From Paracoccaceae bacterium (GTDB taxonomy: Bacteria > Pseudomonadota > Alphaproteobacteria > Rhodobacterales > Rhodobacteraceae), in NCBI GenBank assembly GCA_026417295.1, contig JAOADN010000007.1, positions 224-64,223 on the forward strand: a DNA stretch of 64,000 bases, written 5' to 3'. This document shows positions 1-9,414 of the stretch, piece after piece. Every line of letters starts with the position of its first letter. Within the stretch, counting starts at the first letter, position 1. A program made the position numbers and the translations under genes. A model generated the notes under the pieces. That model was not told the origin of the DNA and ran no database searches. It saw nothing but the letters and a program-made list of their open reading frames with translations.

Positions 1-712
1 CATAGGCCGCCGCCGAGGCCACCAGCGCGAGATAGAGGAGGGCGGCCCAGGTGGCCGGCGCGTAGTCGAGGCGGGGCGCGCCGTCGAACCAGAGGGCGGC
101 CGGCAGCATGACGAGGGCGGCCCCGGTCAGCATCCCGGCGGCCGCAACCTCGGGGCGCAGGCCGTGCAGGAAGGACCGCGCGAAGATGCCGGCGCAGGCA
201 TAGGAGAAGGTGGCCCCGAGGACCGCGAGCTGCCCGAGCGAGGTGGGATCGAGGGCGGCGAGGCTTTCGGGGCCGATGGCGATGGCGACCCCGGTGAAGC
301 CGATGGCCACGCCCGCCGCCTTGCGCAGGGTCAGCCTTTCGTCGGCGAAGAAGAGCGCGGCGAGCAGGACACCGAAGATCGCCGTCGTGGCGTTGAAGAT
401 CGCGGCGAGGCCCGAGGGGATGAACTGCTGTCCCCAGACGATCAGGCCGAAGGGGATGACGTTGTTCAGCACGCCCATGCCGAGAAAGGCGGGAGCGGCC
501 CGCAGTCCGGGCAGCGGCAGGCGGCGGAGGAGGACCCAGGCCCAGAGCGCGGCGGCGGCGACGTTGACGCGGAAGGCGACGGCTGTGAGGACCGGCACCT
601 CGGCCAGGGTGGCGCGGTTGGACAGGAACGACGCCCCCCAGATCAGCGCGAGCAGCGCGAGCAGGGCCCAGGCGAGGGGCGAAAGCGTCTTCTGTGCGGG
701 GACCCCGGCCAT
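1..712 (-). CDS. DMT/EamA-family transporter, N-terminal part only (ORF runs off the left edge of the window)
   Basis: Manual reverse translation from CAT at 710-712 gives MAGVPAQKTLSPLAWALLALLALIWGASFLSNRATLAEVPVL..., a run of hydrophobic helices typical of EamA repeats. It is missing from the ORF track because no stop codon lies inside the window. Confidence 0.65.
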   Translation of the reverse strand, partial: MAGVPAQKTLSPLAWALLALLALIWGASFLSNRATLAEVPVLTAVAFRVNVAAAALWAWVLLRRLPLPGLRAAPAFLGMGVLNNVIPFGLIVWGQQFIPSGLAAIFNATTAIFGVLLAALFFADERLTLRKAAGVAIGFTGVAIAIGPESLAALDPTSLGQLAVLGATFSYACAGIFARSFLHGLRPEVAAAGMLTGAALVMLPAALWFDGAPRLDYAPATWAALLYLALVASAAAY

Positions 713-773
713 GATGCCTATGACGTTGCCAGCGCGGCGGCCCCCGCAACCCGGAAGTTGCGGGATCCGGCCC

Positions 774-1847
774 TCAGAAGCTTGTCGTGATCTGCACGCC
801 CGCGGCCAATGCGCTGTTGCCCGAGAAGTCGCCGCCGACGACCGCCGTCGTCGCATCGCCGATGCGGATGTAGCGGAGGCCGCCGGTGACCTTCACGTTG
901 TCCATCGTGTAGGTCGCCCCGAGGCCGATGCTGGCGAAGCCGTCGACCGGGCCGAGGTTGCCCGTGATGTCGCCGTTCGACGGCTCGTAGCCCAGCGTCA
1001 CCGCCCCCGACCACCGGTCGGAGAACCGTTTGCCGAGGCCGAGACTGTAGGTGATGCGGTCGGACTGGTAGGCAACGAGGGGCGATCCCGTCGCACCGAG
1101 ATAGGCGGGGGGCGCGATCTCGAATTCCGTCCAGTCCACCCAGCGCACCGAGCCGAAGAGCAGGAGCTGCGCCTTGCGCGAGATGCCGGTCTGGAACTCG
1201 AGGTTGACCGACTGCGGCACCGTCGTCTGGAACTGGGTGGGGACGGCGCCGAACTCGACGGAATCGAGGCTGTGCTCGATGGCGGAGTTGTAGGTGAGCG
1301 CGACCCTGGCCAGGATGTCGGGCCGTTCCCAGCCGACGCCGACGACGTAGCCGAAGGCGAGGTCGCGGTTGGTCTCGAGCGTGTATCCCGCGACGAGCGG
1401 GATGCTGACGACGCCCTTCACCGTCTCGCCCCGGAGGCCGCCGTAGAGCGAGACGTTGTTGTCGAAGCGATACCTGAGAAGGCCGGTGATCGCGGTCGAG
1501 GAGAGCGTGGCGGTGGTGCCCTGGAGCGGATAGCCCGTGCCCACGGGATAGTCGACATCGGCCCCGATGGGCTGGTCGATGATCACCGCGAAGTCGAGAT
1601 TCTCGCCGAGGGCCTGCTTGTAGGCGAGCGAATAGGTGAGATAGCTCGGCGACATGTCGCCCGAGGCCAGGGCCCCGCCCCCGACTGTGCCCGACACGTC
1701 AGGGCTGCCGACCGCGAAGCTGAGCTGGGCGACGTTGCCCTCTTCGAACAGGATCCCGACGAACTGGCCCGAGCGTTCGACGCCGCCTGCGCTGGCGTCC
1801 CCGGCGGCGAGCGCGAGCGCGCCCGCGGCAAGCAAAGCCTGTTTCAT
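774..1847 (-). CDS. outer-membrane beta-barrel protein, FadL/OmpP1/TodX-like
   Basis: 357 aa with signal peptide MKQALLAAGALALAAGDASA, an alternating beta-strand pattern, and a C-terminus ...GVQITTSF ending in Phe as in OMPs. Confidence 0.6.
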   Translation of the reverse strand: MKQALLAAGALALAAGDASAGGVERSGQFVGILFEEGNVAQLSFAVGSPDVSGTVGGGALASGDMSPSYLTYSLAYKQALGENLDFAVIIDQPIGADVDYPVGTGYPLQGTTATLSSTAITGLLRYRFDNNVSLYGGLRGETVKGVVSIPLVAGYTLETNRDLAFGYVVGVGWERPDILARVALTYNSAIEHSLDSVEFGAVPTQFQTTVPQSVNLEFQTGISRKAQLLLFGSVRWVDWTEFEIAPPAYLGATGSPLVAYQSDRITYSLGLGKRFSDRWSGAVTLGYEPSNGDITGNLGPVDGFASIGLGATYTMDNVKVTGGLRYIRIGDATTAVVGGDFSGNSALAAGVQITTSF

Positions 1848-1952
1848 GCCTTTCCCTTCCCTTGCCCGCCGGAGCGGGCCTTCCCCGGCGGAACTATGCC
1901 GCAGCCCTGGCGTTCGGACAAAGGATTACGCTGCGGCAGGGCGATCGACGTC

Positions 1953-2834
1953 TCAGGCTGTTGCGGAGGGGACGCGCGCCTCGCCCCGGAGGTTGATCCA
2001 GTTGGCGGCGAGGATGACGGCGCCGCCGGCGAGCACCAGGGGGTCCGGCGCCTCGGCATAGGCCAGCCAGCCGACGACGGCGATGACCGGCAGGCGCAGG
2101 AAGTCGATCGGCGTGACGACGGTGGCCGGTGCCAGCGAAAGCGCCATCGTCAGGCCGACATGGGCGGCGAGCCCGGCGACCCCGAGGAGCGCGACCCAGG
2201 GCCAGAGCGCGGCCGCCGGCAGGGCGATGCGGCCGTCGGCCCCGGCCGTCGCCAGGGCGAGGCCGGTCTGCATCAGGGTGAGCCAGAAGAGGATGCAGGT
2301 CACGTCGGTCGTGCGGGTCAGCCGCTTGGTGACGAGCGCGGTCAGGGCGAAGGCGAGGGCCGAGGCGAGGGCGACGAGCGCCCCCGCCGACAGGCCGCCC
2401 GCGGCGAAGGGGCGGGCGACGACTAGCACGCCGGCGAAGCCGAGGACCGTGGCGGCGAGGCGCCGCGGCGTGAGCCTTTCGCCAAGGGCGAGCGGCGCGA
2501 GCAGGGCGACGATGAGCGGGGTGGAGAATTCGAGCGCGAAGAGCTGGGCGAGGGGGATGAGGCCGAGCGCGTGCAGCCAGAGGTTCTGGCCGGCGAAATG
2601 GATGGCGTTGCGCAGCGCGTGCGTGCCGAGACGGTCGGCCGTGATCCGGCCGGCGCGGCCGGTGGCGAGGGCGAAGGCGGCCACGAGGGCGAAGCCGATG
2701 GCCGAGCGGTAGAGCATCATCTCGAACGTGTCGAGCGCCGGGCCGATCTGCCGGCCGGCGACGGCGATCGCGGTGAAGCCGGCGATCGAGCCCGACATCC
2801 AGAGCGCGGCGGCGAGAGGGCGGGAGGCGGGCAA
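1953..2834 (-). CDS. DMT/EamA-family transporter
   Basis: 293 aa polytopic membrane protein with two EamA-like halves. The + strand ORFs overlapping it are Arg/Ala-rich artefacts. Confidence 0.8.
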   Translation of the reverse strand: MPASRPLAAALWMSGSIAGFTAIAVAGRQIGPALDTFEMMLYRSAIGFALVAAFALATGRAGRITADRLGTHALRNAIHFAGQNLWLHALGLIPLAQLFALEFSTPLIVALLAPLALGERLTPRRLAATVLGFAGVLVVARPFAAGGLSAGALVALASALAFALTALVTKRLTRTTDVTCILFWLTLMQTGLALATAGADGRIALPAAALWPWVALLGVAGLAAHVGLTMALSLAPATVVTPIDFLRLPVIAVVGWLAYAEAPDPLVLAGGAVILAANWINLRGEARVPSATA

Positions 2835-2926
2835 GGGAGGCTCCGGCGGATGGCGGCGCGAGGTGACGCCGGCTTGAAGCGGTTGTCCAGCCTCAATAGG
2901 CTGCGGCCGGAAGAGGAGGGGGCGGA

Positions 2927-4096
2927 ATGGCCGGACTGCTGCGCGCCGAGGACAGCCGGGTGGGGTTCGTCGAGCTGTTCTTCGACCTCGTCTTCGTCTT
3001 CGCGATCACCCAGGTGTCGCATTTCCTGCTGCATCACTTCTCGTTGCGGGGGGCCGTCGAGGCGGCGGTGATCTTCCTGGCCGTGTGGTGGGTGTGGATC
3101 TACACGACCTGGGTGCTGAACCGCCTGGACCCGGACGCCCCGGCGGTGCGCGGGATGCTGTTCGCGATGATGTTCGGCGGGCTCTTCCTGTCGATGGCGA
3201 TCCCCGAGGCCTATGGCGAGAGGGGCCCGGTCTTCGCGGCGGCCTTCGTGGCGATGCAGGCGGGGCGCACGGCCTTCATGTACCGCGCGGCGCGGGGCGA
3301 TGCGGTGCTGCGCCGGACCTACCTGCGGATCCTCGTCTGGATGGCCCTTGCCGGGGTGTTCTGGATCGCCGGCGGGCTGGTGGCGCCCGGGCACAGGCTT
3401 GCCGTCTGGGCGGTGGCGCTGGCGATCGACTATGCCGGGCCCGTGCTCTCGTTCGCGGTGCCGGGGCTGGGGCGGGACGTGACGACCAACTGGACGGTGC
3501 GGGGCGGGCACATCGCCGAACGCTGCGGGCTTTTCGTCATCATCGCGCTGGGCGAGACGCTGCTCGTCTCGGGGGCGACCTTCGCGGAGATGGCGTGGGA
3601 CGCGACGGGCCTGGCCGCCTTCGCCGCCAATGTCATGGTCTCGGTCGGCATGTGGTGGGTCTATTTCAACATCGGCCACAGGCGCGCGGCCCACCAGATC
3701 GAGCAGTCCGACGATCCGGGACGGATCGCGCGGCTGTCCTTCACCTATGCCCATATCCCGATCGTGGCCGGCGTGGTTCTGGCGGCGGTGGGGGCGGAGC
3801 GGGCCATCGCCCATCCGGCGGCCACGGGGAGCTGGGGCGACATGGCGGCCCTGGCCGGAGGAGCGGCGCTGTTCGTCGCCGGCAACGGCTGGTTCAAGCG
3901 GCTGAGCGCGGCGCGGTTCCCGCTGTCGCATCTGGTCGGGCTGGGCCTGCTGGCGGCGGCTGCCGCCGCGGGGGTCGTCCTGCCGCTGTGGCTGTCGAGC
4001 GCGGCGGTCGCGGTGGCGCTGGCTGTGGTGGGCTTCGAGGAGGACCGCTCGATCGGCGCGGGCGCGGCGGCCCGGGCGGCGGCGAGGGGGGCGTGA
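2927..4096 (+). CDS. low-temperature-requirement LtrA-family membrane protein
   Basis: 389 aa. The N-terminal VGFVELFFDLVFVFAITQVSH motif is characteristic of LtrA, and the protein is polytopic. Confidence 0.8.
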   Translation: MAGLLRAEDSRVGFVELFFDLVFVFAITQVSHFLLHHFSLRGAVEAAVIFLAVWWVWIYTTWVLNRLDPDAPAVRGMLFAMMFGGLFLSMAIPEAYGERGPVFAAAFVAMQAGRTAFMYRAARGDAVLRRTYLRILVWMALAGVFWIAGGLVAPGHRLAVWAVALAIDYAGPVLSFAVPGLGRDVTTNWTVRGGHIAERCGLFVIIALGETLLVSGATFAEMAWDATGLAAFAANVMVSVGMWWVYFNIGHRRAAHQIEQSDDPGRIARLSFTYAHIPIVAGVVLAAVGAERAIAHPAATGSWGDMAALAGGAALFVAGNGWFKRLSAARFPLSHLVGLGLLAAAAAAGVVLPLWLSSAAVAVALAVVGFEEDRSIGAGAAARAAARGA

Positions 4097-5055
4097 TGGC
4101 GCGCCCCTCGGCGATCCGCGGCGGCATCGGGCGGCGCACCCCGCCGGCCGTCTTCACCGTCATCATGGGACTTCTGAACCTCGGCATCGGCTGGCGGGTC
4201 GGGGCCGAGCGGTTCGGCCTGCCGGGCGAGCCGGCCGAGATGCTGCTTGGGGCGGGGGTGCTGGTCTACCTCTTCGCTGCGGCGGTCTACGCGCTGAAGG
4301 TGGTGCGGCGGCCGGGCGTGGCCGGCGAGGACCTGCGGACGCTGCCCGGCCGGGCCGGCCTGTCGGCGATGATCATGTCGGTCTATCTGCTGGCGATCGT
4401 GTTCGTCCCCTACCAGACGGGTCTGGCGAACGGCCTGCTGGCCGCGGGCCTGGGGCTGCACCTCGTGCTGGTCGGGGCGCTGGTCAACCTGTTCACCCAT
4501 GGCCCGCGCGAGCAGGCGATGGTCAACCCGGTCTGGAACCTGAGCTTCGTCGCCGTGCTGATCGGCGGCATCGCCGCCCACCAGCTGGGCCATGACGGGC
4601 TGGCGCAGCTGATCTTCGGGCTGGGCCTTCTGGCGGCGGTGCCGATCTGGGTGGTGAGCACGCGCCAGCTTCTGGCGAAGCGCCCGCCGCCGCCGCTGCG
4701 CCCGCTGCTGGTGATCCACCTGGCGCCGACGGCGCTGCTTGGCAACGTGGCCCACTACCTGGGCTACGGCGTTGCGGCGCAGGGCTTCGCCATCGCCTCG
4801 GCGGGGCTGGTCCTGCTGATGCTGTGGCACGTGCGCTGGCTGACGGCGGCGGGCTTCTCGCCCTTCTGGGGGGCCTTCACCTTTCCGGTGGCGGCGGTGG
4901 GCGTGTTCTGGCTGCGGCTCGGCGGGCCCTGGGCCCCTGCCGGCGCGGCGGTCATCCTTGGCGCGAGCGTCCTCATACCCTGGATCGCCGTGCGCATCGT
5001 CCGGCTGTGGATGAGCGGGCGGCTTTCAGCGATGACCAATGCGGCGGTCGCCTGA
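4096..5055 (+). CDS. TDT/TehA (SLAC1-like) family anion channel / tellurite-resistance-type protein
   Basis: Start ATG 4096 overlaps the ltrA stop (GTGATGG). 319 aa, about 10 TM helices, with the motif FWGAFTFPVAA near the C-terminus. The upstream part of ORF 3085..5055 is an out-of-frame overlap with ltrA. Confidence 0.7.
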   Translation: MARPSAIRGGIGRRTPPAVFTVIMGLLNLGIGWRVGAERFGLPGEPAEMLLGAGVLVYLFAAAVYALKVVRRPGVAGEDLRTLPGRAGLSAMIMSVYLLAIVFVPYQTGLANGLLAAGLGLHLVLVGALVNLFTHGPREQAMVNPVWNLSFVAVLIGGIAAHQLGHDGLAQLIFGLGLLAAVPIWVVSTRQLLAKRPPPPLRPLLVIHLAPTALLGNVAHYLGYGVAAQGFAIASAGLVLLMLWHVRWLTAAGFSPFWGAFTFPVAAVGVFWLRLGGPWAPAGAAVILGASVLIPWIAVRIVRLWMSGRLSAMTNAAVA

Positions 5056-5148
5056 ACGGGCCGCCGCGGCCGGGGCGGCGGCGATTGCGCGCGATTCCCC
5101 CGCCGTGTATCAGGGCGGGACATCGGGCGGACGAGCAGGGAGCGCTGC

Positions 5149-6405
5149 ATGCGGCGGGTTGTCGTAACCGGGCTGGGGCTGGTGACGCCCCTGGCCTGTG
5201 GGGTCGAGGAGACGTGGAGCCGGCTTCTGGCGGGACAGTCCGGCGCCGGGCCGATCACGCGCTTCGACACGTCGAACGTGGTGACGACCTATGCCTGCGA
5301 GGTGCCGCGGGGCGACGGTTCGGACGGCACATTCAACCCGGACGACTGGATGGAGCCCAAGGACCAGCGCAAGGTCGACGACTTCATCCTCTACGGGATG
5401 GCGGCGGCGGCGCAGGCGCTGCGCGACGCGGGCTGGGAGAACCCGAGCGAGGCCGAGAAGCTGCGCACCGGGGTGATGATCGGTTCGGGCATCGGCGGCC
5501 TGACGGCGATCGCCGAGACGGCGGTGCTGATCCGCGAGCGCGGGCCGAAGCGGGTCTCGCCCTTCTTCATCCCGAGCGCGCTGATCAACCTCGCCTCGGG
5601 GCAGGTCTCGATCCGCTACGGGTTCAAGGGGCCGAACCACGCGGTGGTGACGGCCTGCTCGACGGGCGCCCATGCCATCGGCGACGCGGCGCGGCTGATC
5701 CAGTGGGGCGATGCCGACGTGATGGTGGCGGGCGGCTGCGAGGCGCCGATCAGCGAGATCGGCATCGCCGGGTTCAACGCCTGCAAGGCGCTGTCCACCA
5801 AGCGCGCCCACGAGCCCGAGAAGGCCTCGCGCCCCTATGACGCGGACCGCGACGGGTTCGTCATGGGCGAGGGGGCGGGGATCGTCGTCCTGGAGGACTA
5901 CGAGCATGCCCGGGCGCGGGGGGCGCGGATCCATGCCGAGATCGCGGGCTACGGCCTGTCGGGGGATGCCTACCACATCACCGCGCCATCGGAGGACGGC
6001 GACGGGGGCTTTCGCAGCATGAGCGCGGCGCTGGCCCGCGCCGGGCTGTCGCCGGGGCAGGTGGACTACATCAACGCGCACGGAACCTCGACCATGGCCG
6101 ACACGATCGAGCTGGCGGCGGTGGAGCGGCTGCTGGGCAACCATGCCGCCGGGGCCACGATGTCGTCCACCAAGTCGTCGATCGGCCACCTGCTGGGTGC
6201 GGCCGGTTCGGTTGAGGCGATCTTCTGCATCCTTGCCATGCGCGATCAGGTGGCGCCGCCGACCATCAACCTGGACAATCCCGCGGTAGAGACCAGGCTC
6301 GACCTGGCGCCGAATGCGGCGCGGCGCCTGCGGATCGACGTGGCGCTGTCCAACAGCTTCGGATTCGGCGGGACCAACTCCTCGCTCGTCCTGAAGCGGG
6401 TCTGA
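5149..6405 (+). CDS. fabF: beta-ketoacyl-ACP synthase II
   Basis: 418 aa. Starts MRRVVVTGLGLVTPL, has active-site context VVTACSTGAHAIGDA, and ends ...NSFGFGGTNSSLVL. Confidence 0.95.
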   Translation: MRRVVVTGLGLVTPLACGVEETWSRLLAGQSGAGPITRFDTSNVVTTYACEVPRGDGSDGTFNPDDWMEPKDQRKVDDFILYGMAAAAQALRDAGWENPSEAEKLRTGVMIGSGIGGLTAIAETAVLIRERGPKRVSPFFIPSALINLASGQVSIRYGFKGPNHAVVTACSTGAHAIGDAARLIQWGDADVMVAGGCEAPISEIGIAGFNACKALSTKRAHEPEKASRPYDADRDGFVMGEGAGIVVLEDYEHARARGARIHAEIAGYGLSGDAYHITAPSEDGDGGFRSMSAALARAGLSPGQVDYINAHGTSTMADTIELAAVERLLGNHAAGATMSSTKSSIGHLLGAAGSVEAIFCILAMRDQVAPPTINLDNPAVETRLDLAPNAARRLRIDVALSNSFGFGGTNSSLVLKRV

Positions 6406-6410
6406 GGGCG

Positions 6411-7595
6411 ATGTGGCGCAACATCGCCTCGAACTTCCTGACCTTTGCCGTGGTGATCCTGGTGGCGCTGGGCGCCGTGGTCGCCTGGGGCCAGCGCCAG
6501 TACGTGGCCCCCGGCCCGCTGACCGAGGCGATCTGCCTGCAGGTCAAGCCGGGAACCTCGTTCGGGGCGGTGGCCGACCAGCTGGTCGAGCGCGGGGCGG
6601 TGTCGAGCGGCTACATCTTCCGTGTGGGGGCCGACTACGAGGGCAGGTCGGGCGAGCTGAAGGCGGGATCCTATCTGGTCAGGCCCGGCGCGACGATGCA
6701 GGAGATCGTGGCCGCGATCACCGGCAGCGGTGTGTCGAGCTGCGGCACCGAGATCAACTTCCGCATCGGCGTGACGGGATCGGACGTGGTGGTGCGCGAG
6801 CTTGACCCGGCGCAGAACCGCTATGTCGAGATCGCCAAGTTCGATCCGGCTGCCGAGGCGCCGCCCGATGTCTATGTCGAGCGGGCCAGCGACCCGGACG
6901 TGCGGTTCCGCGTGACGCTCGCCGAGGGGACGACGGTCTGGCAGGCGGTCGAGGGGCTGAAGCGGGCGGAGTTCCTGTCGGGCGAGGTGGCCTCGCTGCC
7001 GCCCGAGGGGACGCTGGCGCCGGACAGCTACGAGGTGGTGCGGGGGGCCGACCGGGCCGGGCTGATCGCCCAGATGCAGGCGCGCCAGTCCGCGACGCTT
7101 GACGAGCTCTGGGCCGGGCGCGCGGCGGGCCTGCCCTACGAGACCGAGGCGCAGGCGCTGATCATGGCCTCGATCGTCGAGAAGGAGACCGGCGTGCCCG
7201 AGGAGCGCAGGCGCGTGGCCAGCGTCTTCGTCAACCGGCTGAAGCAGGGCATGAAGCTGCAGACCGACCCGACGGTGATCTACGGGATCACCGGTGGCGA
7301 GGGGGTGCTGGGGCGCGGGCTGCGCCAGAGCGAGCTGCGCCGCGAGACCCCCTACAACACCTATGTCATCGACGGGCTGCCGCCGACGCCGATCGCCAAT
7401 CCGGGCCGCGAGAGCATCGCCGCGGCGCTGAACCCCGAAGAGACGGATTACCTGTATTTCGTGGCGGACGGCACGGGGGGCCATGCCTTTGCCGCGACGC
7501 TTGCCGAGCACAACGACAACGTGGCGCGCTGGCGTGCGATCGAGGCCGAGCAGGGCGCAGAGGGCGCGACAGGGACCCAGGACTCGGGCGGCTGA
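6411..7595 (+). CDS. mltG: endolytic murein transglycosylase MltG (YceG family)
   Basis: 394 aa with an N-terminal TM helix and YceG motifs ASIVEKETG and LQTDPTVIYG. The fabF-mltG synteny is conserved. Confidence 0.9.
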   Translation: MWRNIASNFLTFAVVILVALGAVVAWGQRQYVAPGPLTEAICLQVKPGTSFGAVADQLVERGAVSSGYIFRVGADYEGRSGELKAGSYLVRPGATMQEIVAAITGSGVSSCGTEINFRIGVTGSDVVVRELDPAQNRYVEIAKFDPAAEAPPDVYVERASDPDVRFRVTLAEGTTVWQAVEGLKRAEFLSGEVASLPPEGTLAPDSYEVVRGADRAGLIAQMQARQSATLDELWAGRAAGLPYETEAQALIMASIVEKETGVPEERRRVASVFVNRLKQGMKLQTDPTVIYGITGGEGVLGRGLRQSELRRETPYNTYVIDGLPPTPIANPGRESIAAALNPEETDYLYFVADGTGGHAFAATLAEHNDNVARWRAIEAEQGAEGATGTQDSGG

Positions 7596-7651
7596 AGGTA
7601 AACGGAAAGTTAAGGACAAGCGCGCAACTATCTGGCACAGAACGATTTTGT

Positions 7652-7680
7652 TTGACTCTGCGCGCGCCCCGGGATAGCAC
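7652..7680 (+). promoter_or_regulatory. candidate sigma70-type promoter in the GTA leader (TTGACT-N16/17-ATAGCA)
   Basis: TTGACT at 7652-7657 and ATAGCA at 7674-7679, inside the only AT-rich block between mltG and g1. Found by sequence pattern only. Confidence 0.3.
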
Positions 7681-7707
7681 TTCGGGCAAGCTGGAAGAGG
7701 TGGGCGA

Positions 7708-7740
7708 ACGGCGCCGTCGGATCGACGGGGCCGTTTTTTG
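7708..7740 (+). terminator. intrinsic-terminator-like hairpin with U-tract, 39 nt upstream of GTA g1
   Basis: ACGGCGCCGTCG-GAT-CGACGGGGCCGT forms 11 of 12 base pairs (one G.G mismatch) and is followed directly by TTTTTTG. Confidence 0.6.
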
Positions 7741-7778
7741 TTGGCCGCACCGGACCCCGGCGGGAGCGACCGGCACTG

Positions 7779-8108
7779 ATGAGCGATGAAGACAGGAAGC
7801 CCTACGGGGATGCGTTGCCGGATCTGGTCGAGACCTTCCGGCTGCTGGCCGACGACCTGCGGCAGGAGGCCAGCGCGGCCTTCGCCGCGGTCAGGCGGGA
7901 GGGCCGGTTCGACGACGCCGCGGCCCGCCGGGCCGTGCGCGACGTCAGGTCGATCCTGATCGGATTGCTGAAGGAAGAGGCGAGAAGTGCAAGACGTGGC
8001 AAAGAGGATCGTGGCGGCGCCGGCGGCGTCGGCCTCGATCTCGACCGAGCGCGGGCTGAGATCCGCGAGCGCCTGGATCGCATCCGCGACGCCGCATCAG
8101 GTGGATGA
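7779..8108 (+). CDS. GTA g1 (small-terminase-like protein)
   Basis: 109 aa helical Arg/Asp/Ala-rich protein directly upstream of TerL and overlapping it. Its position and size match RcGTA g1. Confidence 0.7.
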   Translation: MSDEDRKPYGDALPDLVETFRLLADDLRQEASAAFAAVRREGRFDDAAARRAVRDVRSILIGLLKEEARSARRGKEDRGGAGGVGLDLDRARAEIRERLDRIRDAASGG

Positions 8109-9414
8109 GTTCCTGCAGGCGCTGAGCGACGAGGCCATCCTCGCCCTGCCCGACCTCTTCGAGTTCTGGGCGATGCCGCACCAGCTGCCGCCCGACACGA
8201 CGGCGGCGGGCAGGCCCTGGAAGACCTGGGTCGTGCTGGGCGGGCGCGGCGCGGGCAAGACACGGGCAGGGGCCGAATGGGTGCGCCGCATGGTCGAGGG
8301 CGCGCGCCCCGCCGATCCGGGCCGGCTGTCGCGGGTGGCGCTGGTCGGCGAGACGCTCGATCAGGCGCGCGAGGTCATGGTCTTCGGCGAGAGCGGGCTG
8401 ATGGAGATCTCGCCCCCCGATCGCCGGCCGGTCTGGGAGGCCTCGCGCCGCCGGCTGGTCTGGCCGAACGGGGCGGTGGCGCAGGTCTTTTCGGCGCACG
8501 ACCCCGAATCGCTGCGCGGGCCGCAGTTCGACGGGGCCTGGCTCGACGAGCTGGGGAAATGGCCGCGGGCCGAGGAGGCCTGGACGACGCTGCAGTTCGC
8601 GCTGCGGCTGGGCAGGGACCCGCGGCAGGTGGTGACCACCACGCCGCACGCCACGCCCGTGCTGAGGGCGATCCTGGCGGCGGAGTCGACGGTGACCACC
8701 CATGCCGGGACGGATGCCAACAGGGCGAACCTCGCGGCCTCGTTCCTGGCCGAGGTCCAGGCCAGATTCGGCGGCACCCGCCTGGGCCGACGCGAGCTGG
8801 ACGGCATCATGCCGGAGGATCAGGACGGGGCGCTGTGGACCGCGGCGATGATCGACGCCGGCCGGCGCCCGAAGCCGGAGCGCTTCTCGCGCATCGTCGT
8901 GGCCATCGATCCGCCGGCCTCGGGCCATGCCGGATCGGATGCCTGCGGGATCGTGGTCGCCGGTGCGGTGACCGAGGGGCACCCGCGCGACTGGCATGCC
9001 TGGGTCCTGGAGGATGCCTCGGTCGAGGGGGCGAGCCCGCATCGCTGGGCCCAGGCCGCCGTCGCGGCGGCGCGCCGGCACGCAGCCGACCGGATCGTGG
9101 CGGAGGTCAACATGGGCGGCGACATGATCGAGGCGATCCTGCGCGGGATCGATACCTTCGTCCCCTTCCGCGCCCTGCATGCGGGCAAGGGCAAGGTCAG
9201 CCGCGCCGAGCCGGTGGCCGCACTTTACGAACAGGGGCGGGTCCATCACCTGCGGGGGCTGGAGGCGCTGGAGGACCAGATGTGCCGGATGACGCGCGCC
9301 GGATTCACCGGGCGGGGCAGCCCCGACCGGGTGGACGCCCTGGTCTGGGCGCTGACCGAGCTGATGGTCGGCGCGCAGGCGGGGTTCCGCGACCCGCGGG
9401 TGCGGGCGATCTGA
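8101..9414 (+). CDS. GTA g2, terminase large subunit
   Basis: Walker A motif VVLGGRGAGKTRAGAEW and the conserved N-terminus FLQALSDEAILALPDLFEFWAMPHQLPP. I set the start at GTG 8101, which overlaps the g1 stop by 8 nt. The ORF is open from 7987, so the start is uncertain. Confidence 0.9.
   Translation: MDEFLQALSDEAILALPDLFEFWAMPHQLPPDTTAAGRPWKTWVVLGGRGAGKTRAGAEWVRRMVEGARPADPGRLSRVALVGETLDQAREVMVFGESGLMEISPPDRRPVWEASRRRLVWPNGAVAQVFSAHDPESLRGPQFDGAWLDELGKWPRAEEAWTTLQFALRLGRDPRQVVTTTPHATPVLRAILAAESTVTTHAGTDANRANLAASFLAEVQARFGGTRLGRRELDGIMPEDQDGALWTAAMIDAGRRPKPERFSRIVVAIDPPASGHAGSDACGIVVAGAVTEGHPRDWHAWVLEDASVEGASPHRWAQAAVAAARRHAADRIVAEVNMGGDMIEAILRGIDTFVPFRALHAGKGKVSRAEPVAALYEQGRVHHLRGLEALEDQMCRMTRAGFTGRGSPDRVDALVWALTELMVGAQAGFRDPRVRAI

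Noticed and set aside
210-2426. 738-aa + strand ORF spanning the first three genes
   Set aside because: It overlaps three minus-strand genes that give clean membrane-protein and OMP translations. Its own product is Ala/Arg-rich and low-complexity.
3085-4095. N-terminal 337 codons of ORF 3085..5055
   Set aside because: This part overlaps ltrA out of frame and is Gly/Arg-rich. The TehA-like protein begins naturally at ATG 4096, which overlaps the ltrA stop.
7599-7613. CtrA-box-like elements (TAAA-N7-TTAA at 7599-7613; also TTAA-N7-TTCA at 36053-36067 and TTGA-N7-TTAA at 51587-51601)
   Set aside because: Each has a mismatch in one half-site, and such near-matches are expected by chance in AT-richer intergenic patches. 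I mention them in the findings only as context, not as called sites.
7633-7651. TGGCAC in the GTA leader as a sigma-54 (-24) element
   Set aside because: The required TTGC at the -12 position (TGGCAC-N5-TTGC) is absent; the sequence is TGGCACAGAACGATT.
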